A DNA stretch of 63,709 bases, the filler included, from a candidate division WOR-3 bacterium (lineage in GTDB: Bacteria > SDB-A), in the NCBI GenBank assembly GCA_016934535.1. It is 9 parts of 8 records of this genome, joined end to end, with 100 filler letters (N's around TTAATTAATTAA, not from the genome) between each part and the next. Parts side by side here need not be neighbours in the genome. Positions count along the whole stretch, not along the records: positions 1 to 25,065 come from JAFGSQ010000012.1; 8 more parts are not named here. The stretch is one strand, 5' to 3'. The position numbers and the translations under genes were made by a program. Positions 9,195 to 19,199 of the stretch are shown here, in pieces; the first letter of the stretch is position 1, and each line of letters begins with the position of its first letter. The notes below the pieces were generated by a model, which was not told where the DNA came from, made no database searches, and saw only the letters and a program-made list of their open reading frames with translations.

Positions 9195-10560
9195 CTTCCG
9201 AGGAGTCGACCGGATCGAACCTGAGGTACTCCGGAGTCCAGTGGAGTTTTATGATGTCGGTAGGTCCGTTCCTGTTTTTTGCTATTATGAGTTCGGCCTT
9301 GTTTTTTACTTCTTCTTCCTTTGTGTAGTAATAATCTCTGTGCAGAAACATGACGACGTCTGAGTCCTGTTCTATGGCTCCCGATTCGCGCAGGTCGGAT
9401 AGCTGGGGTTTACGCTCCGTTCTCATTTCAGACGCTCTGCTGAGCTGTGATAAAGCAAGTACCGGGACGTCAAGTTCTTTTGCCATTGCTTTCAGCGCCA
9501 TGGAAATGTTGGCGACTTCCTGCTGTCTGTTCTCTACTCTCATTTCCGTGTATCTTATAAGCTGAAGATAATCAATAATTATGAGTCCGAGCTTTTTTCC
9601 ACGTTTGCTGAGGTCTTCGGCTTTCCTTCTCGCTTTTGCTTTAAGTTCGAGAATTGACATGGCCGATGAGTCGTCGATGTATATGTCGGTGGACGCAATT
9701 TTTGAGGCGGCGTTCGTTAGCTGGTCGAAATCCGCGTGAGATATGAAACCGGTGTTGATCCTCTGGCTGTCGACACGGGCAAGGCTCGCTATCATTCTGC
9801 TGACAATTCTCAGACTGTTCATTTCCAGGCTGAAAATGAGTATGGGGACTTTATTTTTTGTCGAAGTTTCGGTCGCCATGTTCAAAGCGAAAGCCGTCTT
9901 TCCCATTCCCGGTCTGGCCGCCAGTACTATGAATTCCTGTCTCTGCAAACCTCTCGTGATCTGGTCGAGTCTGGGATAGTGAGTTTCGACGCCGGATATT
10001 TTTCCCTTGTTCTGATAAAGATTGTCAACTTCCTTTATGGCTTCGTGAACGACGTCGGATATCTCGTCGAAATCGGAAGATTTTTTTTCCTGTCTTATCC
10101 TGAATATCAGGCTTTCCGCGTTGTCAAGCTGTTCTTCGGAATCCATGTCCGAAGTCGTCGCGATTGATACGATTCCCTGACAGACATCTATGAGTCTTCT
10201 CAGGATGGAAGTGTCCTTGACCCTTTTAATGTATTCCGAAGTGTTCGAAGCCGCAGTGCCGAGAAGGCTGCCTTCGAGTTCAGCCAGATATGCAATGCCG
10301 CCTATTTCTTCGAGTCTTTTCATGCGGCGGACTTCGTCGCCGACAGTGACGAGATCGACGACCGGATTGGGAGTGTCGTTGAATATTTTCATTATTGCCT
10401 GATAAATTATTTTATGCGCGGGAACGTAAAAATCTTCAACGGAAAGCCTTTCCGCGGCGAGTGAACAGGAATCCGAGTTCAGCATGCAGGAAGCCAGAAC
10501 AGCGGCCTCAGCTTCCGGAGAGGAGGGAAGGATGCTTCTTTTGGCAGTCGCCATCACCAC
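9187..10560 (-). CDS. dnaB: Replicative DNA helicase
   Basis: AARPGMGKT, FSLEM, IIIDYLQL, LSQLSR, LSDLRESGAIEQDSD and KNRNGP; no intein. Confidence 0.98.
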   Translation of the reverse strand: MVMATAKRSILPSSPEAEAAVLASCMLNSDSCSLAAERLSVEDFYVPAHKIIYQAIMKIFNDTPNPVVDLVTVGDEVRRMKRLEEIGGIAYLAELEGSLLGTAASNTSEYIKRVKDTSILRRLIDVCQGIVSIATTSDMDSEEQLDNAESLIFRIRQEKKSSDFDEISDVVHEAIKEVDNLYQNKGKISGVETHYPRLDQITRGLQRQEFIVLAARPGMGKTAFALNMATETSTKNKVPILIFSLEMNSLRIVSRMIASLARVDSQRINTGFISHADFDQLTNAASKIASTDIYIDDSSAMSILELKAKARRKAEDLSKRGKKLGLIIIDYLQLIRYTEMRVENRQQEVANISMALKAMAKELDVPVLALSQLSRASEMRTERKPQLSDLRESGAIEQDSDVVMFLHRDYYYTKEEEVKNKAELIIAKNRNGPTDIIKLHWTPEYLRFDPVDSSEDE

Positions 10561-11249
10561 GTTCCTATTTCGTCAGGATCTTCACCCTGGGCTATCCTCA
10601 AGAGTATCTTGACGTCTTCCCACGCAGGTCTTTTTAAGTTGGGATTTCTCAACAGAGCGCTCGGATGGTAGGTGACGACTACGGGAAAAGATTCGAATCT
10701 GTGAATGCGGCCCCGGTAATCGGAGAGTTTTTGCCCTTTGTTCAAAAGGGCTGAAGCGGCGTGCCTTCCGAGGGCGCAAACAACTCTCGGGTTAATCGCG
10801 AGAATTTGGCTGATTAATGTTTCCAGACATTTTTCAACCTCGTCAGGAATGGGATCCCTGTTTTCAGGGGGCCTGCATTTAAGAACATTGCAGATGTAAA
10901 CGTCTTTTCTACAGGTCTGCATACCTTTTTCTATGATGTCAGTCAGGAGTTTGCCGGCTCTTCCGACAAAAGGCCTGCCGCTCAGGTCTTCTTCACGTCC
11001 CGGCGCTTCTCCCACGAATACTACTTTTGCATCAGGATTCCCTTCTCCGAAAACCATGTTGGTTCTGGTCTCGCCGAGAGTGCATTTTTTGCACGATTTT
11101 ATTTTTTCGAAAATATTATTCAGTATCGCGGCTTTTTCTGATTGCCCGCCGGAGTATGCTTTGGTTTTGAAGTTTTCAATATATTCAACGCCTTCTTCTT
11201 CCAATTCTTCCAACAAAGCTATTAACTGGTCTCTATTTACGGATTGCAT
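10554..11249 (-). CDS. udg: Uracil-DNA glycosylase, family 4 (Fe-S)
   Basis: [27 protein letters not shown] and TYHPSALLR. Confidence 0.93.
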   Translation of the reverse strand: MQSVNRDQLIALLEELEEEGVEYIENFKTKAYSGGQSEKAAILNNIFEKIKSCKKCTLGETRTNMVFGEGNPDAKVVFVGEAPGREEDLSGRPFVGRAGKLLTDIIEKGMQTCRKDVYICNVLKCRPPENRDPIPDEVEKCLETLISQILAINPRVVCALGRHAASALLNKGQKLSDYRGRIHRFESFPVVVTYHPSALLRNPNLKRPAWEDVKILLRIAQGEDPDEIGTW

Positions 11250-12408
11250 CTGCTATACATTTTACGACAATTACGGCCAGATCGTTTTTTGAAATTTTCT
11301 CAAATGAGGAAATCGCGGATCCGTCACTTCCTATTATCACTATGTCTGAAGAATCTGCTCCTATAGAGGAAGGAGAATTGGCTATTACAAGGTCGAGTTT
11401 TTTCGTTCCGATTTTTTTTCTCGCGTTTTCCTCAAGATCCGAAGTTTCAAGAGCGAAACCCACGGTAAAGATTTTTCCTCTCATGCCTGAAGTGGCCACA
11501 AGAATATCGTCTGTTGGTGTGAATTCGATTGCAATGCTTTTATTTTCTCTTTTTATTTTGTTTTTGGAAAAAGACGCGGGGCGGAAATCGCTTATAGCCG
11601 CTGACATAATAAAAATGTCGCATTCCGGAAGCAGCCGGAGGACGGCGTCTTTGAAATCTGCTGATGTTTTCGCCTCGTGATACGAAACTCCGTGAGGAAG
11701 CGGGACCTGTGGAGGGCACACGAAGTCAATTTTTCCGGCTCTTTGCCTGAAGGCTTCCTGAGCTAAGGCACGACCGGTTTTACCGCTGGAAAGGTTTGTT
11801 ACAACTCTCACGGGATCTATTGGTTCAGAAGCCGCTCCGGCCGTGATGAGAATTCTTTTGCCTTCGAGCAGTCCTTCCGAGAGAAGTTTTTCGCATTCAG
11901 CTATTATAACCGATTCTCCGGCAAGCCTTCCTGTTCCGATGTCATTGCAGGCGAGAGAACCTGATTCAGGTCCTATAAAGTAAAATCCTTTTTCACGAAG
12001 AAAATTGACGTTGCTCTGGACGATATTGTTCGTCCACATATTGACGTTCATGGCTGGCGCGACGGCAATTTTATTTTTGTAAGCGAGAGCTACAGAAGAG
12101 AGAAGGTCGTCACCGGAACCTTTGGCGAGTTTGGCTATAAAATCAGCGCTCGCCGGAGCTACAAGAAAAATGTCCGCCCATTTTGCCAGGTCAATGTGCG
12201 GGATGGGGAAGCCGCCGTAACATTTAAAGGTGTCGGTGTAGACTTCCGTGCCCGTAACGGCTGAAAAAACAGATTCGCCCATCAGTTTTAATGCGGATTC
12301 AGTCATGACGACTCTGACGGAGTGTTTATTTTCCCTAAGTCTTCTTATCAGAGAAGGCATTTTATAGATTGAAATACTTCCTGTCAGTCCGATCAGGATG
12401 TTGCTCAT
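11233..12408 (-). CDS. coaBC: Phosphopantothenoylcysteine decarboxylase / ligase
   Basis: [48 protein letters not shown] and VGFALE. Confidence 0.96.
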   Translation of the reverse strand: MSNILIGLTGSISIYKMPSLIRRLRENKHSVRVVMTESALKLMGESVFSAVTGTEVYTDTFKCYGGFPIPHIDLAKWADIFLVAPASADFIAKLAKGSGDDLLSSVALAYKNKIAVAPAMNVNMWTNNIVQSNVNFLREKGFYFIGPESGSLACNDIGTGRLAGESVIIAECEKLLSEGLLEGKRILITAGAASEPIDPVRVVTNLSSGKTGRALAQEAFRQRAGKIDFVCPPQVPLPHGVSYHEAKTSADFKDAVLRLLPECDIFIMSAAISDFRPASFSKNKIKRENKSIAIEFTPTDDILVATSGMRGKIFTVGFALETSDLEENARKKIGTKKLDLVIANSPSSIGADSSDIVIIGSDGSAISSFEKISKNDLAVIVVKCIADAIRK

Positions 12409-12659
12409 AATTTTTTCTTTTCCGATTTGTCCGGTTTTTCCAGTATTTCTTCTTCGTCGGCGTAATGATAATTCAGTTCTTTGTTCTGAAGTTTATTAAA
12501 AGCGGTCACCAGAGGTTTTTCTTCGAGCTGAAGAGCTCTGTTTTTGGCCAAAGCGTTAAGTTTTTTTGCTTCTCTTGCAGCGGCAATAGTGATCTCGAAG
12601 AGGTTTGTGCTGTCGTCGAGAAGACCGTCTTTGGCTATTCTGTAATTTTTATTGTCCAA
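12405..12659 (-). CDS. rpoZ: RNA polymerase omega subunit (divergent)
   Basis: Occupies the gmk-rpoZ-coaBC position; NLFEITIAAAREAKKL...KPLVTAF matches the omega pattern. Confidence 0.8.
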   Translation of the reverse strand: MDNKNYRIAKDGLLDDSTNLFEITIAAAREAKKLNALAKNRALQLEEKPLVTAFNKLQNKELNYHYADEEEILEKPDKSEKKKL

Positions 12660-13252
12660 TTTGCCACCTCCTTAATTGAGTTTTTATCAACGAGGCATTT
12701 TTCGGCGGTGAATATGCATTTTATCTGCATCAGAGCCTCTTTTACTTCGTCGTTTTTCACAACATATTTGTATGCGCCTATCTTTTTCAATTCTGATTCC
12801 GCATTCTCGATTCTTTTTTCGTATTCATTGTCGGTTTCAGTGCCTCTCTTTTTGAGTCTGCTGGCGAGAGTCTCAGGAGAAGGAGGCAAGATGAATATTG
12901 TCGTCGCGTGAGGATATATTTTCAAAAGGCTTGCGACGCCTTGTACGTCTAAATCGAGAAGACAAATATTATCATTTTTTCGGGATTTTTCAATCTGTTC
13001 CAGCGGCGTTCCGTAAAAAAATCCGTGAACCTTAGCCCACTCTAGAAATTCATTGCGGTCAATTTTCTTTTTGAAAGCTTCTTCGGACACGAAAAAGTAA
13101 TCTACGCCTTCTATTTCACCCGTCCTCCTGGGTCTTGACGTGAAAGAGACTATGTAGTCAACTCCGGGCGTTGAATTTTTCAACTCTCTGCAAATCGTCG
13201 TTTTTCCGGCTCCTGAAGGGCCTGAAAGGGCAATAATCATTTTCTTTTTCAT
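12635..13252 (-). CDS. gmk: Guanylate kinase
   Basis: SGPSGAGKTT, TSRPRRTGEIEGVDYFFVS, YGT and DVQG. Confidence 0.97.
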   Translation of the reverse strand: MKKKMIIALSGPSGAGKTTICRELKNSTPGVDYIVSFTSRPRRTGEIEGVDYFFVSEEAFKKKIDRNEFLEWAKVHGFFYGTPLEQIEKSRKNDNICLLDLDVQGVASLLKIYPHATTIFILPPSPETLASRLKKRGTETDNEYEKRIENAESELKKIGAYKYVVKNDEVKEALMQIKCIFTAEKCLVDKNSIKEVANWTIKITE

Positions 13253-14175
13253 TCTATATTTTGAACCTGTTCTCTTATGTTTTCAAGGTTTTCTTTGATT
13301 TGGACTACTTCTAAAGATATTTCTGCTTTCTGAGCCTTGGAAGCAATTGTGTTGGCTTCTCTTTGCATCTCCTGTATAAGAAAGTCCAGCTGTTTGCCTA
13401 CGGGAGAGTCTTTTTTCAGAATCTCTTTGAATTTTTGCAAATGAATGTTTAAGCGGTCCAATTCTTCATTAATAGTTATTTTATCGGCTAAAAATGCAGT
13501 TTCGGTCAAAATTCTTGCTTCTACGAAGTTCCGGAACCAGATCCTGTCTTTGTCCGATATATCCTGCCTGGCTGACAGCAAGGAATCTATGGAGTCCGAC
13601 AGAAGAGCGAGCAGTTTCCCCTTTTTTTCAATGACCACTGAAGGGGCGATATTGCCGATGCAATCTTTTGATCGCTCTATTTTGGACAAATATACGGATA
13701 TTGTTTCAGCAAGTTTTTTACCCTCTTCGATCCTTTTTTCAGATAGATCGGAGAGAGTTTTTTCAATTGTGTTTTTAATTGTTTTCCATAACTCTTCATC
13801 GGGATTCTGGCCTTCTTTTTGGATATTTAGGTTGAATTGAAGAACATGTTCCAAAAGGACAGAATCTTTAAGTCCGAGGGTTTCTTTGAGTTTCAAAATT
13901 TCATCTAACGTTGATCTGGCCATCTTTTCGTCGAAAGAAAATCCTCCGTTTATCTGCGAGGGGTTTTTTATCGAGACTGTAATTGTAATTTTTCCTCTTT
14001 TCATTTTTTCGGCGACAATTCCGGCAATTTCAGTTTCCATGTTCGATACTTCTCTCGGAGCATTCAGGGATACGTCGAGGTATCTGTGATTCAGGGATTT
14101 TATGGCGACGCTGAGAGACGAGCCGTCTTTAAGAATTTCCTCGGAATTTGCAAAACCTGTCATACTGCTTGGCAA
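13249..14175 (-). CDS. yicC: YicC/YloC family endoribonuclease
   Basis: SMTGF start, SLNHRYLD, EELDRL, GKQLDFLIQEMQREANTIASK and IREQVQNIE; TTG start after GGAGG. Confidence 0.95.
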   Translation of the reverse strand: MPSSMTGFANSEEILKDGSSLSVAIKSLNHRYLDVSLNAPREVSNMETEIAGIVAEKMKRGKITITVSIKNPSQINGGFSFDEKMARSTLDEILKLKETLGLKDSVLLEHVLQFNLNIQKEGQNPDEELWKTIKNTIEKTLSDLSEKRIEEGKKLAETISVYLSKIERSKDCIGNIAPSVVIEKKGKLLALLSDSIDSLLSARQDISDKDRIWFRNFVEARILTETAFLADKITINEELDRLNIHLQKFKEILKKDSPVGKQLDFLIQEMQREANTIASKAQKAEISLEVVQIKENLENIREQVQNIE

Positions 14176-14616
14176 TCAGACCTCCTCGTATAATATTGAA
14201 ACTGGTCCGTCGTTTATGTATTCGATGTCCATGTGAGCGCCGAAATCCCCTTTCTGCGCCGACGGTACTCCTTCCCGGATTTTTTCGAAGAAGAAATCAA
14301 AGAGTTTTTTGGCGTCTTCGGCTTTCATCGCTTTTCCGAAATCGGGTCTTCTGCCTCTTTTTGTGTCAGCGTACAGAGTGAACTGAGAGATCACCATGAT
14401 AGAATATTCTGTTTCTATTACGCTTTTTTCAAAAGATTTGTCTTCTTGGTCAAAAAGCCTTGCGTTTAATATTCTCGAAGCGAGCGAAAAAGCATGTTTT
14501 TCAGTGTCTTCTCTTTTTACACCAAGATAGACTATCAATCCTTTTCCGATAAAAGCTTTTTTCCCGCTTTCTGAAAAAACTCCCGCTTTTTTTACCCTCT
14601 GCACTAAAGCCAGCAT
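14176..14616 (-). CDS. dtd: D-aminoacyl-tRNA deacylase
   Basis: LVQRV, SQFTLYAD, GRRPDF, FGAHM and NDGPV. Confidence 0.95.
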   Translation of the reverse strand: MLALVQRVKKAGVFSESGKKAFIGKGLIVYLGVKREDTEKHAFSLASRILNARLFDQEDKSFEKSVIETEYSIMVISQFTLYADTKRGRRPDFGKAMKAEDAKKLFDFFFEKIREGVPSAQKGDFGAHMDIEYINDGPVSILYEEV

Positions 14617-14815
14617 TAATTATCAGTCCTGTTTCGAAAAATTTGTGAGACGGCGTAAAACAGTATAGCGGATATGATAATAAAAAAACTCAGCTTTATC
14701 AATTATTTTTATTGTTTATTTGGTCTGAATTGGTTTATACTCTTTATCTTTGACAATCAGAAAAAAACCATAGAATAAAAAACCGTCTTCGTTCACGGAA
14801 AGGAGAAGTTGAAAT

Positions 14816-16618
14816 ATGGTCTTGGAGCGTTTTAGAAAACACATGGCAATTGTATTCTGGATCGTAGCCATAGCTTTTGTCGTTATGTTCGGATGGTCCC
14901 AGCTCTGGGACACTTTGGCCGACATTATCGGAAGAGATAAAAACGCTGGTATGAATGAAGCGCTCGAAGATACGGCTTTCGTCATTAAGGGCAGTGCTCA
15001 ATCTTACGTATTTTACGAGCTCGAAGTCGCACGCGAAGCGGCGACAATCCAAAGCAGGGGGCAAAACGTGGGGGAAAGAGAAAGGGACGCCATTAGCGAA
15101 AGAGTATATCTTTCCATGGTTCTCGACGAAGTTCTTTTCAACAGGGCTCTCACGGCCGGCTTTTCAGTAAGCAAGAACTATCTCGGAACTATTTCCGATA
15201 CGATGAGCTTCTACAACAGATTTTACGCTCAGCAGAGAATGATATCCGAAGAAGATTTTTTGTCCATGCTCGAAAAGAGAGAGACCTCAAAACAGCTCAA
15301 AGCCTTCATGGGATTATCCGCTTGGGTTTCTCCCATACAGGCAATAGTCAGAATGAGAATTCAGACAGACAAATACGAGACCGAATACGCCTTTTTCAAG
15401 GTTCCTGAGACGCAAGTTTCTACTTATGTAGATGATTCGATTTTATTATCGGTATACGACAGTTTGAGGATAAAAGGATTTACGTCCCTTCCGGACAGGG
15501 CGGTGGTAAGATATATAGGACTTGCATACGGCCCACAGGAAGAAGATTGGGTGAGAACGGGCAGAAGAGCCGGTCAATTGATGGAGAAGTTTCGCGGCAT
15601 AGCAGGCGATTCTCTTATTACAGTTTTCTCGAACCTGGCTTCTCAGTATTCTGACGATTACAGCAACAATACAAACGGCGGTTATCTGGGATGGATTGGA
15701 AAAAACTCCGAGATCGACAAAGACTTTTTGGAAGGATCTTTTGCGATCGAAGCCGGAACAGTGGGCGGTCCCGTCAGGACTGTTTGGGGCTGGCACATTA
15801 TTTATGTGGGAGACAAGACTGAAGATTCGATAGAAGTTTCTCACATACTTCTTCAGGTTAAAGGTGATGCGGAGAGAGACCAAAAATCACTCGATCTTAT
15901 GACGAGGATAAAAGATGATTCCAAGTTCATGAGCCTTGACTCGATAGCCGGACTTTATTCGATGACCATTGAGGAATCTTCTCCTTTCGACAGATGGGGA
16001 AAGTACTCTCCTGATTTCGGATTCATTCAAAGCGCAGTCAATTTTGCCTTTTCTGCGGATTCCGGAAAGGTCGGAGGTCCCTACATAGGTTCCAGCAGAA
16101 TAGTGATAGTTGAAACGCTGAAAAGACTTCCTCCCGGAGAGCTCTCATTCGAAGAGCTGAGATCTTCGATTGCCGACTCACTTCAGCGAGAAGCAAATTT
16201 TGAAGAATGCTTTCAGAATGCCCGGAAATGCGCTCAGCTCATAACAGGAGGACAAACTCTCGCTTCGGCCGCATCCGCTTCGGGAGGTGTTTACAGCGGT
16301 CCTGCCGTTCACGGTTTTTACGAAGATCTGGAATACTCAAAATCCGGAGGAACGGTTCAAATGGTGGGTCTGACGGCGCAAGAACCAGGATTTTACGGCC
16401 CGATAAGAGGGACTGACGGATGTTACGTAATCCGCCTCATCGGAAAAGAAACCTTGTCGGATTCGCTCATACAGAGCGATTTACCGGCGTACTGGTTTAA
16501 TCTCAGCCTCCTGAGAGGCAGAGAATTCATAAGCCAGTGGAGTGCTTGCGTTCTGCAGAAAGCTTTCTCTTCAGGCGAAATAAGGGATTTGAGATACAGA
16601 GTCACAGAACAGGAATAA
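14816..16618 (+). CDS. PpiD/SurA-like membrane-anchored parvulin peptidyl-prolyl isomerase
   Basis: N-terminal TM after MVLERFRK; parvulin motifs FSNLASQYSDD...GGYLGW, GPVRTVWGWHII and SHILL. Confidence 0.85.
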   Translation: MVLERFRKHMAIVFWIVAIAFVVMFGWSQLWDTLADIIGRDKNAGMNEALEDTAFVIKGSAQSYVFYELEVAREAATIQSRGQNVGERERDAISERVYLSMVLDEVLFNRALTAGFSVSKNYLGTISDTMSFYNRFYAQQRMISEEDFLSMLEKRETSKQLKAFMGLSAWVSPIQAIVRMRIQTDKYETEYAFFKVPETQVSTYVDDSILLSVYDSLRIKGFTSLPDRAVVRYIGLAYGPQEEDWVRTGRRAGQLMEKFRGIAGDSLITVFSNLASQYSDDYSNNTNGGYLGWIGKNSEIDKDFLEGSFAIEAGTVGGPVRTVWGWHIIYVGDKTEDSIEVSHILLQVKGDAERDQKSLDLMTRIKDDSKFMSLDSIAGLYSMTIEESSPFDRWGKYSPDFGFIQSAVNFAFSADSGKVGGPYIGSSRIVIVETLKRLPPGELSFEELRSSIADSLQREANFEECFQNARKCAQLITGGQTLASAASASGGVYSGPAVHGFYEDLEYSKSGGTVQMVGLTAQEPGFYGPIRGTDGCYVIRLIGKETLSDSLIQSDLPAYWFNLSLLRGREFISQWSACVLQKAFSSGEIRDLRYRVTEQE

Positions 16619-16672
16619 GTAATCTTTTTATAAAAATATGAGAACCGCTGTCCTGAAAGACGATTGACAAAG

Positions 16673-17017
16673 TCACATTACAAAAATCGTCTTTTTCACG
16701 GGTTTCGGGGCTTTTACAATCATGAATGAGAGGTTTTCGGCACTTTCGTTATACCAGCAGTGGGCAATATCCTTCGGGCTTTCGACGAGAGTGTTTTTGT
16801 CCACCTCAATTTTTTCAGTTCCTATTTCGCAAATTCCCTTTCCTTCTAAAACGAAAAAGGCAACATCTACGGGGGTTATATGCCTTTTTAGCGATTGACC
16901 GGGTTTCAATGTAATAACTGTTATCAATGCTTCTTTTCTGTCATAGAGATTTCTTGCATCTACGTTGTGAGCGTTATTCATGACCGGACAATCCGAAAGT
17001 TTTTTAAAAGATATCAT
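16673..17017 (-). CDS. Cupin domain protein
   Basis: LKPGQSLKRHITP...FFVLEGKG and PKDIAH cupin motifs; AGGAGG RBS. Confidence 0.85.
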   Translation of the reverse strand: MISFKKLSDCPVMNNAHNVDARNLYDRKEALITVITLKPGQSLKRHITPVDVAFFVLEGKGICEIGTEKIEVDKNTLVESPKDIAHCWYNESAENLSFMIVKAPKPVKKTIFVM

Positions 17018-17033
17018 AATTCCTCCTTTGTGA

Positions 17034-17066
17034 AAAAAGCAAAAGCGCCGCTTTAGATAGCGGCGC
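17034..17066 (-). terminator. Rho-independent terminator after the Cys-rich gene
   Basis: 8-bp GC-rich stem GCGCCGCT (17045-17052) / AGCGGCGC (17059-17066), followed on the minus strand by TTTTGCTTTTTT. Confidence 0.75.
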
Positions 17067-17095
17067 CTGGAAACCGTCGTGCAATTAAATCGCGG

Positions 17096-17422
17096 TCAGT
17101 CCCCGCAATGTCCACTGCCATGACATGGCGAGACCGAGGACTCGCAATGGTTTTCACAGCCTGAATTGCATCCATTCTGGTTTTCTGATCCGTCTTTGCA
17201 TCCTCCGTTCTGACATTCGCCACGGCAATCCTGGCATGTGCTGCCGCATGAACAGCAGTTGTCAGCGCATGTGCCTTCCGAACAGGAACATGATTCGCAA
17301 ATGCATTCCTCGCATACGCATGACTCTGAAGTTGTCTGAGATGATATAAACGCGCCGTACAAAACCGGCAGTGCGAATATCTGACCCGAAGCTATTAGGC
17401 TTATAAATGTTAAGACAAGCAT
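17096..17422 (-). CDS. Cysteine-rich, metallothionein-like protein with hydrophobic N-terminus
   Basis: AAGGAG RBS, hydrophobic leader, then 19 Cys in CxC/CxxC/CC patterns, with its own terminator. Confidence 0.75.
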   Translation of the reverse strand: MLVLTFISLIASGQIFALPVLYGAFISSQTTSESCVCEECICESCSCSEGTCADNCCSCGSTCQDCRGECQNGGCKDGSENQNGCNSGCENHCESSVSPCHGSGHCGD

Positions 17423-17471
17423 TTTATTCTCCTTTATTTTTACGAGGTTTTTACTATGAATTTCGTTTTGT

Positions 17472-17864
17472 TTATTTCAGCCATACGCAGTACATGCTTT
17501 CCAATCTGTTTTGGTTAGTAAATCCCTTTGAAAAAAACCTTTCAAGGCAGTATTTATTTTCGGAATCGAAAATGATTTTGTCTCTGATTTCTAAATTCAT
17601 CCGCGAAAAACCGTCTTTTATTTTTTTCGTCACAAGACCGTCTTTTTTTGCGGATATGAGAGACACAGAGCATTTACAAAAACCGGATTCGGAAACACAT
17701 TTTAAAGATACAATTTTGTTTGAAATACAGCAGGTATGATTTTTTAAAGTTGTTTTCTGATTAACATTTTTTGACCGAGCGTTGCATCTTGCTAATACAG
17801 GAGATGGGAATCCCATTGTAGCGCATAGCAATAATGCTGAAATATTGCTGTGTTTCAATTTCAT
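17472..17864 (-). CDS. Hypothetical protein, putative signal peptide
   Basis: 130-aa ORF filling the gap, N-terminus MKLKHSNISALLLCA; no family recognised. Confidence 0.4.
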   Translation of the reverse strand: MKLKHSNISALLLCATMGFPSPVLARCNARSKNVNQKTTLKNHTCCISNKIVSLKCVSESGFCKCSVSLISAKKDGLVTKKIKDGFSRMNLEIRDKIIFDSENKYCLERFFSKGFTNQNRLESMYCVWLK

Positions 17865-17963
17865 TTCTTAATTATATCAGAATTAAACCCAAGATCAAAA
17901 AAAGTTTTCAATTACAAATGTATAAAGGAATAATTCAGGAACTGAGAAAGATTTGTTAAAAAT

Positions 17964-18323
17964 TCAGATCAGCCTTTCTTTTATCCATTCATCTTTTCCG
18001 ATTTCTTTCATTTTCATCATGTTCTCAACTGCGGCTTTATGATGAGCCATTCCTGATATCCAATTGACAACCTTTTTGCAAGGGAAATCTCCGCATTCTC
18101 CGCAGAAGTCGAGTTTTTTCCCGTAGAAGCAGCAATTCAGTAGTTCACAGTCTCCCGACCAATGGCATTTGGTTCTGTCAGACCTGCATCCGTCGCAGCC
18201 TATTTTTTCCGTGTCAACATTAATGCTTTTCCAGTATTCAAGTTCTTCGTCCGTCCGGAGATGAATACTGCAGTTCATACAGTCCAGCCCGCAAATTCCG
18301 AGTCTTTCAGCATTTTTCATCAT
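17964..18323 (-). CDS. DUF3795 family Cys-rich protein
   Basis: CGLDCMNC...CDGCRS...C..C...CC...FCGECGDFPC pattern. Confidence 0.85.
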   Translation of the reverse strand: MMKNAERLGICGLDCMNCSIHLRTDEELEYWKSINVDTEKIGCDGCRSDRTKCHWSGDCELLNCCFYGKKLDFCGECGDFPCKKVVNWISGMAHHKAAVENMMKMKEIGKDEWIKERLI

Positions 18324-18375
18324 TGCTCTTTGGTTGATGAAACATTGTCAGTTTTCACTGCAACTCTTTGAATCA

Positions 18376-19191
18376 TTAATTTCCGAGACACCAGTCGGCG
18401 GCGTTTTTCATGAGTTCCCAGTCCGAACCCACGTCGTCGAATTCCTTGAAAAAATCAATGCCGTCCCTGTCGCTGTCCTCTTCCCATTCAGGATGAGGTC
18501 CTGTAAGAAAAACTTTTCCGTTTCCGTATTCACAAGCGATTATTGCGGGACGCTTGTTCAATGAGTAGAAACCTATGATAAAAATATTCTGTCCCGACAA
18601 AGTGTCAGGTTCGAAATAGGGGCCGTTGTAAAACATTAACCATGCAGAGTCATCTAGTGAAGATGTGAATGAAAGTGTAGTGTCTATGTCTATTCTGCAC
18701 ATTCCAATCTCGGGATAAGCGAATATCTCCGGGTTGGGACCGTATCCCGTACCCTTGAACAGTCCGAGTTGGCCGTTTTGTATTACTTTGCCGTCCCAGA
18801 TCTGGGTTTGGCATGCAAAAAGGGCGCCGGCGCAAGTACCTATGTAGCCGCAACCGTTTTCAACTGATTTCCTGATAACGTTTTTTCCTCTGTCGTCGAT
18901 GTCTCTTAAATACGGTCCCGAAGAACCTCCGGGGAAATAAAAAATATCGATGTCTGACACCCTTGAATCGTTGATGTCTTCTGCGTAAATCTTTTTTGTC
19001 TGATAACCCATCCAGCGGAACATTTTTTCAGCAGGGATCACGCACCCCTGTGCTGCTCCTTCCCCCGAGTAGATTCCTATAATCGTTGTACTTTCATCTC
19101 TGGCGGTCGAAGGATTTTGTCCGAGACAACTGATGTTTAAAACAGCCGAAACAAATAACGGGATAAACGCAACAATTTTTATCTTATGCAT
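18376..19191 (-). CDS. BPL-N (class I glutamine amidotransferase-like) domain protein, probable lipoprotein
   Basis: YFPGG, GYIGTCAGA, YNGPYF and GKVFLTGPHPE. The likely start is MHKIKIV...LNISC at 19191. Confidence 0.8.
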   Translation of the reverse strand: MHKIKIVAFIPLFVSAVLNISCLGQNPSTARDESTTIIGIYSGEGAAQGCVIPAEKMFRWMGYQTKKIYAEDINDSRVSDIDIFYFPGGSSGPYLRDIDDRGKNVIRKSVENGCGYIGTCAGALFACQTQIWDGKVIQNGQLGLFKGTGYGPNPEIFAYPEIGMCRIDIDTTLSFTSSLDDSAWLMFYNGPYFEPDTLSGQNIFIIGFYSLNKRPAIIACEYGNGKVFLTGPHPEWEEDSDRDGIDFFKEFDDVGSDWELMKNAADWCLGN

Positions 19192-19199
19192 CCGAACCT

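Noticed and set aside
9187-10560. Intein in DnaB
   Set aside because: Normal length (457 aa) and contiguous helicase motifs.
14750-14776. TTGACA...TAGAAT promoter for the ppiD-like gene
   Set aside because: The spacer is only 15 nt; plausible but too weak to list.
17096-17422. Cys-rich RiPP (ranthipeptide/sactipeptide) precursor
   Set aside because: No SPASM radical SAM, peptidase or transporter on this contig; the KamA enzyme is on another contig and is a different class.
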